The position numbers were made by a program, and so were the translations under genes. Below the pieces are notes generated by a model. The model was not told where the DNA came from. It ran no database searches and was given only the letters and a program-made list of their open reading frames with translations. A stretch of 25,040 bases of DNA, from assembly GCA_964552305.1 (NCBI GenBank), contig CAZKGY010000001.1, positions 1 through 25,040 on the forward strand, read 5' to 3'. Of this stretch, positions 17,596 through 24,380 are shown one piece after another; the stretch's first letter is position 1; each line of letters begins with the position of its first letter. The stretch comes from an uncultured Comamonadaceae bacterium (GTDB taxonomy: Bacteria > Bacteroidota > Bacteroidia > Flavobacteriales_D > Sanyastnellaceae).

Positions 17596-19035
17596 TCAAT
17601 CGTACAACCGTGGAGTGAGCCAAAGGTTTTTGACAAATGGAGTCATGGACCAGCCCAAATGCAGGCGGGCCCCAAATTCTTCGTGCATGGTTTCGTCCAT
17701 GGTGCCTCGTCGTCCAACATCCATGCCAAAGTGGAATTGACTCGCGCTGCGGCTCCCTTTGAGCGGGGTGGAAAAGCCCATGGCCACGCGCCATTCGTTG
17801 AGCGGGACCGCATCTCCGTCGGCACCTTCGAGGACCACTGGGAGGGTGGACCAATTCACACCTGTCCGCCAGGTGGTGCGGTTCACCTTTCCTGATTTCC
17901 TCCCGGGCGTCCAAGCCAAGCCCACTGCCGACCGCGTGGCGTCAGCCCAGGAGCTTTGGGCATCCATCAAGTAGGCCAGGGTGTCCGCGGAAGCGGCCCA
18001 AGCTTGTCGGTGGTGGTCGAAGTACATCTCCCACCGCGCGCCAGACTTGCCATTCCAAATGAGCCCCGCACCGGCGGACCATTTGCCTGGAACCTCGCCC
18101 TGCTTTTGGCTCGTTTCGCTGAACGACGAATCCACTGGCGCGACGACCCCACTCACGGTTACCGTGGACTGGATGACTTCCGAGTAGTCCGTCAACAACG
18201 TCCTTGAGGGGCTCCACGTCACGCCCGTTTTCAAGGTGAGGCTTCCCAAAAACTGCTTGTTCTTGAACCGAGAAAACAACGTGTGGAAGGTCTCTGCGCC
18301 AACCGTCATGCCGGAGGACCGGTGTCGGTTGGAAATTTGAGAACGCACGTCGCGGTAGTTCACGTCTTCGATGTCCAAAAAGGAGGTTTGGATTGCGTCG
18401 CCAAACCAGTAGTCGAATTGCGCACCCAAATACATGCCATGGGTGGTGATGAGCACGCTGTCCTGTGCCCCGGCCTTGCGCCATTGCTTCAAGCGCCAAC
18501 CCCTTGCCAATCCACTGTAGGCCCTGGCCATGCCACCCGATCCGTCGTAGTATTCGGTCACGTCGCCCAAAAGGGGGTCGGTGGTCGTTCGGCGGACCGA
18601 GAACGCCTTGCTCGTGAGCGGGGTCAACCCCAAAGAAAACCCGGACAACCGTTGCGGGCGCTTCACAATCAACCCGAGGTTGCCGAGTCCCCCGGTGGTT
18701 GCTTGGGCTTCGGCGCTGCCTTCGCGCAAGCGGACGGCTTGAGAAAAGAAGGACGACTGGAATGTGGGGTTGGCCACGGCGGCCACTGACGCCGGCTGGT
18801 CGGGGTTGATCAAGCTGGTGCTTCCGGTGACGGTGGTCGTTCCACCCATCGCTGCCAGACCTGGTGTCATGGCGCGTTGCCAGGTGCCAAACCCGTAGCG
18901 GGCGAAGGGACTGAAGTCGGTTTCTTGGCCAAAAGCCGTGGGCATGCCCAGGCAGCACGCGAGCACCATGAGCCAGGCGAAACGCTTGCCATTCTTGACA
19001 AAGCACGAGGAATCAAAGGTGTTGAAAGAGTGCAT
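17596..19035 (-). CDS. Outer-membrane beta-barrel protein, FadL-like
   Basis: Signal peptide ending AFG/Q; N-terminal SPFARYGFG, AAMGG and INPDQPAS hatch-like motifs; alternating amphipathic beta strands with aromatic girdle; tail WLTPRLYD. Exact start uncertain. Confidence 0.85.
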   Translation of the reverse strand: MHSFNTFDSSCFVKNGKRFAWLMVLACCLGMPTAFGQETDFSPFARYGFGTWQRAMTPGLAAMGGTTTVTGSTSLINPDQPASVAAVANPTFQSSFFSQAVRLREGSAEAQATTGGLGNLGLIVKRPQRLSGFSLGLTPLTSKAFSVRRTTTDPLLGDVTEYYDGSGGMARAYSGLARGWRLKQWRKAGAQDSVLITTHGMYLGAQFDYWFGDAIQTSFLDIEDVNYRDVRSQISNRHRSSGMTVGAETFHTLFSRFKNKQFLGSLTLKTGVTWSPSRTLLTDYSEVIQSTVTVSGVVAPVDSSFSETSQKQGEVPGKWSAGAGLIWNGKSGARWEMYFDHHRQAWAASADTLAYLMDAQSSWADATRSAVGLAWTPGRKSGKVNRTTWRTGVNWSTLPVVLEGADGDAVPLNEWRVAMGFSTPLKGSRSASQFHFGMDVGRRGTMDETMHEEFGARLHLGWSMTPFVKNLWLTPRLYD

Positions 19036-19747
19036 GGTAGCCCTTCAGGGTCAAATGAGCGTCCGCGAATTTCGGTGAGATGTCACGTAGTTCCAAGCGA
19101 GGCGCGTCGCCTCCTGTCAAAATGACCCCAAGGTTTGGCACGTTTTGGCACAACAAAGCCCACCGGCCGTGGATTTCAGCTTCCAAGCCTCCGATGGCGC
19201 CTGCCAGCATGGCTTCTCGGGTGGTTTGGCCCAAGTGGGGTGCTCGTGTGTCGCTCGTCGCCACGAGGTGGGGCAAGGACGCGGTGCCATCGTGCATGCT
19301 GGCCAACCGCATTTGCAAGCCTGGGGCGATGACGCCACCTCGGTGCTTCTTGTCGTGCCAAAGGTCCAAGGTGACGCAGGTCCCAACGTCCACGACCAAC
19401 CAATTGCCACGGCAATCGAGAGAAGCCAGGCACCCTGCCTGCAAGGCAAAGGCGTTGGCCACCCTGTCGGTGCCTAGTCCTGATTTGGTGGTGGTTCGAA
19501 GGGGAGAGGCCATGCCATCCTGCCACACCTTGGCATGGGGCCACGCCGTCGCCCAGGGAGTCAAGTCGCCACTCCCCGTCACAAGGATGGAATCGGTGGC
19601 AAGGACACCCAAGTCGAGGGCTTCGGCAGGCTTGGACGATTTCGGGAGGGCATGGACGGCCAAGGGCTCAGCCTCCGGGCGGGCGCCGTCAGGGAATCGG
19701 GCCCATTTGACCCGTGTGTTGCCAACGTCACAGATCCACACGCTCAT
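19013..19747 (-). CDS. coaX: Type III pantothenate kinase
   Basis: DVGNTRVK, LGTDR, VVDVGTCVTLD, GGVIAPGL, TASLP, TTREAMLAG, ILTGGDA, LTLKG. ATG 19747 overlaps the gldD stop (ATGA); the upstream 232 codons of the ORF-track entry overlap gldD and are rejected. Confidence 0.93.
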   Translation of the reverse strand: MSVWICDVGNTRVKWARFPDGARPEAEPLAVHALPKSSKPAEALDLGVLATDSILVTGSGDLTPWATAWPHAKVWQDGMASPLRTTTKSGLGTDRVANAFALQAGCLASLDCRGNWLVVDVGTCVTLDLWHDKKHRGGVIAPGLQMRLASMHDGTASLPHLVATSDTRAPHLGQTTREAMLAGAIGGLEAEIHGRWALLCQNVPNLGVILTGGDAPRLELRDISPKFADAHLTLKGYHALFQHL

Positions 19748-20346
19748 GGCATCCATTCGATGGTTTCCATCAACAACTGAAGGTCGGACTCGAGCCGTGC
19801 CAACACGGGGGCGACGCTGTCCGGATTGGGCCTGTGGTTGAAGTACAACGAGCCGCGTGTGAACGTGACGCTGTCGGTGACGAAGAACTGAAGCGGCGTG
19901 GCCACGGGGCCTTCCAACACGAACAGCACCCCAGTTTTGTCTGGGTAGTCCAGCCGTTGCTGGCGCAAACCAGAGGCTGCGACTTCGTGGCCAAAGACCA
20001 TGGATTGGGCGTCTTCCAGCAACTGGGTCAAGTTGTTGTTCACCGGGACTTCCGTCACGTGCATTTTGGCGTTGAAGCGAGGCGCGACCAAGTTGAACCA
20101 GCACGCTTCTTCCCCGGACTTGGTCGAACGCTCCACGTTCATGTAGGTGGGGATGCGGAACATGCCCTTGCACGGAGACTGGTAGGCCACGGTTTGGGTG
20201 TCGGGCAGGGCGATGCGCACGTGGCCGTTGGGCTTCGGCACCCAGACGGGCTCGGGCTGAATCCACCACGCCACGGCGCCCAGGAGCAGGGCCATGCCTG
20301 CGACGAGCCACCATGGGACCACGCCAACCCACCGCTTGAGGCTCAT
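19744..20346 (-). CDS. gldD: Gliding motility-associated protein GldD homolog
   Basis: PKPNGHVRIALP, LLEDAQ, GPVATPLQFFVTDS, GSLYFNHRPNPDSV, LMETIEW; directly follows gldE. No lipobox visible. Confidence 0.88.
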   Translation of the reverse strand: MSLKRWVGVVPWWLVAGMALLLGAVAWWIQPEPVWVPKPNGHVRIALPDTQTVAYQSPCKGMFRIPTYMNVERSTKSGEEACWFNLVAPRFNAKMHVTEVPVNNNLTQLLEDAQSMVFGHEVAASGLRQQRLDYPDKTGVLFVLEGPVATPLQFFVTDSVTFTRGSLYFNHRPNPDSVAPVLARLESDLQLLMETIEWMP

Positions 20347-21674
20347 GTGTCTTCGGGATTTGGGGGGTCCGAAGGGAGGATGACCTTGATGCGATGGATT
20401 CGACGAGAATCGCCTGCATCAACCACCATTTTGACCCCTTCAAACTCGATTTCCTCGCCTTGCTTCAGCAGACGCTCGGCTTGTTCAATCATGAAGCCTC
20501 CGAGGGTGTCGCTTTCGCCCTTGGCCATCTCCCAGCGCTCTTCGTCCAATTTCAAGATGCGGTACGCATCCAAGAGTGGTGTTTTGGCTTCCATGAGCAC
20601 CGTGTTGGCGTCCAAAAAACTGTGGTTGACCTCCTCGTCGTCAAACTCGTCCGCGATTTCACCCACGATTTCTTCCAACACATCTTCCAAGGTGACGATG
20701 CCACTCGTGCCGCCGTATTCGTCGACAACAATCGCCAAATGCACCTTGCGTTCCTGGAATTCCCTGAGAAGGTCGTCGATTTTCTTGCTCTCGGGCACGA
20801 ACATGGGGGGGCGAATGCACTCGTGCCACAACAGGTCGTCTTTGTGAAGCTCGGAAATGAGGTCCTTGACGTGAAGGACACCGACGATTTGGTCGGCGGA
20901 TCCTTCGTGAATCGGAATTCGACTGAAGCCGGAGGCGACGATGGTCGCACGGACGTGGGGCCATTTTTCGGTCATCGCAAACGTCAACACGTCGGTTCGA
21001 GGCGTCATGACTTGCTTGGCGTCTTTCGACCCAAAGTTCACGATGCCTTCGAGGATGCGCTGTTCTTCCTGCGTTCGCTCGGCGTTGTCGGTGAGTTCCA
21101 AGGCAGTCTCCAGGTCTTCCACACTAAGCGCTGCTGCCGGTGTCCTCAAACGACCGTCCAACCATCGCCCCATGCGAACCAGGGGCCACCAAGCAGGTAG
21201 AAACAGCCGCTGGGCAGCGAGCAAGGGCGCGGCCATGAATTTGGCCAGATGCACCCCGTACGAAGTGGCGTAGACCTTGGGAATGACTTCGCCAAACAGC
21301 ACCAAGACGAAGGTGACACCCACCACATGAATGGCGGTGTTCAGCCATGCGGGCAAGCTTTCGCTCGGGAACATGCTCTCGGCCAGCACGGTGGCAATCA
21401 GGACGATGGCCACATTCACCAGGTTGTTGACGACGAGGATGGTGCCGAGCAGGTTGCGCGGCCCTTCGATGTTGTCAGGCGTTTGGAGCAAACGAAGGAC
21501 CCTTTTGGAAGCGGGGTTGTCCTCCTGTTCGAGGTCGTGGAGGGCCTGCGGAGACAAGCTGAAGAACGCCACTTCCGACCCAGAAACAAGGGCGGAAATT
21601 CCCAACAAAAGCGCCACGACGCCCAGCGTCATGCCGTGATCAAGCAGCACCGTCAACAAGGATGGTTCGTCCAT
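20343..21674 (-). CDS. gldE: Gliding motility-associated protein GldE (CNNM/CBS/CorC family)
   Basis: SALVSGSEVAFFSL, TILVVNNLVN, FGEVIPK, VMTPR, GFSRIPI, FVPESKKIDDLL, IVVDEYGGTSGIVTLEDVLEEIVGEIADEFD; lies between ssb and gldD. Confidence 0.92.
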   Translation of the reverse strand: MDEPSLLTVLLDHGMTLGVVALLLGISALVSGSEVAFFSLSPQALHDLEQEDNPASKRVLRLLQTPDNIEGPRNLLGTILVVNNLVNVAIVLIATVLAESMFPSESLPAWLNTAIHVVGVTFVLVLFGEVIPKVYATSYGVHLAKFMAAPLLAAQRLFLPAWWPLVRMGRWLDGRLRTPAAALSVEDLETALELTDNAERTQEEQRILEGIVNFGSKDAKQVMTPRTDVLTFAMTEKWPHVRATIVASGFSRIPIHEGSADQIVGVLHVKDLISELHKDDLLWHECIRPPMFVPESKKIDDLLREFQERKVHLAIVVDEYGGTSGIVTLEDVLEEIVGEIADEFDDEEVNHSFLDANTVLMEAKTPLLDAYRILKLDEERWEMAKGESDTLGGFMIEQAERLLKQGEEIEFEGVKMVVDAGDSRRIHRIKVILPSDPPNPEDT

Positions 21675-21683
21675 GGGGCCGCG

Positions 21684-22145
21684 TTAGAACGGCAGGTCGT
21701 CTGCGCCGCCAGCGGGGGCTGCAGGTTGGGCAGCAGGCTGCGCCGCAGCCACAGGTTCGGTCACGACAGGCTGTGCCGCCGCTTGGGGTGCGGCGTTGTT
21801 GCCATTCCGGGGAGCCCGGTCGAGGAGCTGCATGACGTCTGCCACCACTTCGGTGGTGTAGCGTTGCTGGCCCTGTTGGTCTTGCCAGTTGCGCGTTTTC
21901 AATTTGCCCTCGATGAATACCTGAGAGCCAGACTTCAAGTACTTGCCGGCGGTTTCAGCCAACCCCCTCCAAAGCACGACGTTGTGCCATTCGGTGTTGG
22001 TGATGCGTTCTCCCGAGGCGCGGTCGGTGTAAGACTCAGAAGTGGCCATGCGCAGCGTGCAGACTGCGATGCCATTGGGGGTGTAACGCAGTTCGGGGTC
22101 CTGACCCAGGTTGCCCACGAGGATGACTTTGTTGATTCCTGCCAT
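21684..22145 (-). CDS. ssb: Single-stranded DNA-binding protein
   Basis: [42 protein letters not shown], Ala/Pro/Gln linker and acidic tail DDLPF. Confidence 0.99.
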   Translation of the reverse strand: MAGINKVILVGNLGQDPELRYTPNGIAVCTLRMATSESYTDRASGERITNTEWHNVVLWRGLAETAGKYLKSGSQVFIEGKLKTRNWQDQQGQQRYTTEVVADVMQLLDRAPRNGNNAAPQAAAQPVVTEPVAAAQPAAQPAAPAGGADDLPF

Positions 22146-22149
22146 GAGC

Positions 22150-22157
22150 CGAAGTTA
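22150..22157 (-). promoter_or_regulatory. -7-like box TAACTTCG, 4 nt before the ssb ATG; its TAA is the mutY stop codon
   Basis: Minus strand reads TAACTTCG-GCTC-ATG. Confidence 0.5.
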
Positions 22158-23228
22158 CGGATTTTGTCGTCGAAGCAGGGCCTGGCCCAGTACGTCACGG
22201 GTTTTCGTCAAAAGCCTGGGCATGGCGAGCGTGGCCGATGCGTCCCACGTCGTCACTTGGCCATTCAGCGCCAGGGCTTTGGCTTCCAGAGCCTGCTTGC
22301 TTTCCTGGGGATGGGACCAAAATTGAGCCTCAATTTTTTTGTGGGTCAACAGGTGCCTCACGGGTTCGTCAAGCATGGGGTGTCCCGCGGACGCAGTGGG
22401 GTCCGATTCTGGGAACGACCAAAGGCCCGCCCATATGCCCTCGCCCGGGCGTTGGACCAAGATCACCTCGTCGCCGTGGTGGAACACATCCAGGGACAAA
22501 CGCCATTCCTTCGGTGCCTTTTTGGGGGTCTTGGCGGGCAGGGTGTGGCACAAATCCAGGTTCCCGCTGGACGAACAAGCCGACGAGAATGGGCACGTTT
22601 CGCATTGGGGATTCCGCGGGGTGCACACCAAGGCGCCCAGTTCCATCATGGCTTGGTTGTGCATGCCTGGGTCTTCCACGTCCAGCAAGGCGTCAGCCCC
22701 TGCCTGGATGGCTCGCTTGCCTTCGCCTTTGTCCACGGGAAGGTCCATGGCGAACAAACGGGACACCACGCGTTGCACGTTTCCATCCACCGCAGCGACA
22801 GCTTCGCCAAACGCGATGGAGGCAATGGCTGCGGAGGTGTAGTCCCCAATGCCAGGAAGGCTTTGCCAGTCGACTCGGGTGCTCGGGAATCCACCTCGCT
22901 GGACGATTTCTTTGGCAGCGGCGTGCAGAAGCCTTGCCCGGCGGTAGTAGCCGAGCCCTTCCCATGCCTTCATGACTTGGCCTTCGCTGGCTTGTGCCAG
23001 GTCGTTTACCGCGGGGAATTCTTCCATGAAGGCATGCCAACGTGGCACGCCAGTCTCCATTCGGGTCTGTTGCAACATGATTTCACTCAACCACGTTCCG
23101 TAGATACTCGGCGATGCACGCCACGGCAAATCGCGCTTGACCTGCGTGTACCAAGCCTTGAGTCGGCGTTTGGACGCGACGGCCGGGTGGTTGCCAGGAA
23201 AATTTTCCAGATTTCTCGCCTCATTCAT
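22155..23228 (-). CDS. mutY: A/G-specific adenine glycosylase
   Basis: RDLPWR, WLSEIMLQQT, WEGLGYYRRAR, LPGIGDYTSAAIASIAF, VDGNVQRV, and the 4Fe-4S motif CTPRNPQCETCPFSSAC. Confidence 0.98.
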   Translation of the reverse strand: MNEARNLENFPGNHPAVASKRRLKAWYTQVKRDLPWRASPSIYGTWLSEIMLQQTRMETGVPRWHAFMEEFPAVNDLAQASEGQVMKAWEGLGYYRRARLLHAAAKEIVQRGGFPSTRVDWQSLPGIGDYTSAAIASIAFGEAVAAVDGNVQRVVSRLFAMDLPVDKGEGKRAIQAGADALLDVEDPGMHNQAMMELGALVCTPRNPQCETCPFSSACSSSGNLDLCHTLPAKTPKKAPKEWRLSLDVFHHGDEVILVQRPGEGIWAGLWSFPESDPTASAGHPMLDEPVRHLLTHKKIEAQFWSHPQESKQALEAKALALNGQVTTWDASATLAMPRLLTKTRDVLGQALLRRQNP

Positions 23229-23236
23229 TTCGTTTT

Positions 23237-23258
23237 CAAAGGTATGGGCCTATTTTTG
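23237..23258. promoter_or_regulatory. Back-to-back divergent -7 boxes for mutY (TACCTTTG, minus, 23244-23237) and hup (TATTTTTG, plus, 23251-23258)
   Basis: Two exact TAnnTTTG matches 6 bp apart in opposite orientation. Confidence 0.75.
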
Positions 23259-23335
23259 CACCCCTGAAAAGCCCGGCAGAAACCTGTTTTTCAAGGGATT
23301 GAATACATTGACAACCTGAATTGAACCGACAGACC

Positions 23336-23626
23336 ATGACCAAAGCGGACATCGTAAGCCAAATTTCTGAGCAGACCGGAATGGAGAAAGGGGACGTGCA
23401 AGCGACTGTAGAGGCCTTCATGCGCGCCGTGCGCAGCAACCTCGAAAGCGGAGAAAACGTCTACCTGCGTGGATTTGGCAGCTTTGTGGTGAAAACGCGT
23501 GCCGCCAAAACCGGCCGCAACATTTTGGCCAAGAAGGCCATCCAAATTCCCGCCCACAACATCCCTTCGTTCAAACCAAGCAAGGATTTCGTGGAAAACG
23601 TGAAGACGAACGTCAAGGTCCAATAA
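23336..23626 (+). CDS. hup: HU/IHF-family DNA-binding protein
   Basis: MTKADIV..GENVYLRGFGSFVVKTRAAKTGRNI..IPAHNIPSFKPSK. ATG 23336 preferred over 23321. Confidence 0.96.
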   Translation: MTKADIVSQISEQTGMEKGDVQATVEAFMRAVRSNLESGENVYLRGFGSFVVKTRAAKTGRNILAKKAIQIPAHNIPSFKPSKDFVENVKTNVKVQ

Positions 23627-23639
23627 TCCCCAAGGCTTC

Positions 23640-24230
23640 ATGAAACTCTCCACCTCCAACATGGCTTTGATTGCAGGCGCTGCGGTGCTTGTGGTTGCGG
23701 TGTTGTGGATGCCGAGGGTTCCTTCGTCTTCGGAGCCTGCGGCGCCCATGGTGGAGTCTAGCCCCATCGAGTTGGCGATTGCCAAGGTGAGCGGAGAAAA
23801 CCCCATGGAAGGGATCATGGAGCTCCGGGCCATGGCAGACGAAGAGCCGCCCAACCTTGAAGCGGTGTTGTGGTTGGGTCGATTCGCTGTCCAAAGCGGT
23901 CAATTGGAGAAGGCGCGCGAGCGCTTCACTCAAGTCATTGACGCGAGGCCCGACAACGTCGATGCCCATTGGGAGATGGCCATGTTGAACCTTGAAGAGG
24001 GGTTTCTGGAGGAAGCCGTTGCTGGGTTTGACTTGTGCGTGGCTGCCGACGAGCTTTATGCCAATGGTCGTTTCTTCAAGGCTCGATGTCTCGAAGCCAT
24101 GGGCCAAACCGAGGCAGCCCTCAACGAATACAAATCTTACCTCCCGCTTGCGCCTGACACTGTGGTCGCACAAAGCGTGGAAGGAATCATCGAACGTCTT
24201 GAAGCTGGCGAACCCAGCCCAAGCATATAA
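23640..24230 (+). CDS. Membrane-anchored TPR protein
   Basis: N-terminal TM, then TPR-like repeats (LGRFAVQSGQLEKARERF, LAMLN-like MAMLNLEEGFLEEA, KARCLEAMGQTEAALNEY). Confidence 0.88.
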   Translation: MKLSTSNMALIAGAAVLVVAVLWMPRVPSSSEPAAPMVESSPIELAIAKVSGENPMEGIMELRAMADEEPPNLEAVLWLGRFAVQSGQLEKARERFTQVIDARPDNVDAHWEMAMLNLEEGFLEEAVAGFDLCVAADELYANGRFFKARCLEAMGQTEAALNEYKSYLPLAPDTVVAQSVEGIIERLEAGEPSPSI

Positions 24231-24241
24231 ACCATACCATC

Positions 24242-24331
24242 ATGCCAAGCGGAAAAAAGCGCAAGCGTCATAAGATGTCCACGCACAAGCGTAAGAAGCG
24301 TCTTCGTAAAAACCGTCACAAGAAGAAGTAA
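24242..24331 (+). CDS. 29-aa basic protein, bS22-like small ribosomal protein (AURKAIP1/COX24, DUF1713-type)
   Basis: MPSGKKRKRHKMSTHKRKKRLRKNRHKKK*; below the ORF-track cutoff. Sequence pattern and position upstream of rne/rng match the Bacteroidota family as I recall it. Confidence 0.88.
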   Translation: MPSGKKRKRHKMSTHKRKKRLRKNRHKKK

Positions 24332-24337
24332 GCGTTT

Positions 24338-24366
24338 GATGGGTTGAGGTGCATCCTCAACCCGTC
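24338..24366 (+). other. 12-bp intergenic stem-loop without U tract
   Basis: GATGGGTTGAGG-tgcat-CCTCAACCCGTC (one G.U pair), 14 nt before the Rne/Rng ATG. Confidence 0.7.
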
Positions 24367-24380
24367 GCAGACTTCACGTG

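Noticed and set aside
19748-20443. Apparent 232-aa N-terminal extension of CoaX
   Set aside because: It overlaps gldD in another frame; ATG 19747 gives a normal-length CoaX with ATGA coupling.
21674-22157. mutY, ssb and gldE in one frame, each separated by stop + 9 nt (possible read-through fusion)
   Set aside because: Both stops are TAA with no known read-through context, and the SSB C-terminal DDLPF must be free. Most likely coincidence.
21249-23267. 672-aa plus-strand ORF, and similar long antisense ORFs (543-1721, 5438-6916, 7158-8009, 8722-9861, 13736-14779)
   Set aside because: Each mirrors the codon frame of a real minus-strand gene; GC-rich codon bias suppresses antisense stops and no protein motifs are recognisable. 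The 672-aa case arises because mutY, ssb and gldE share a frame.
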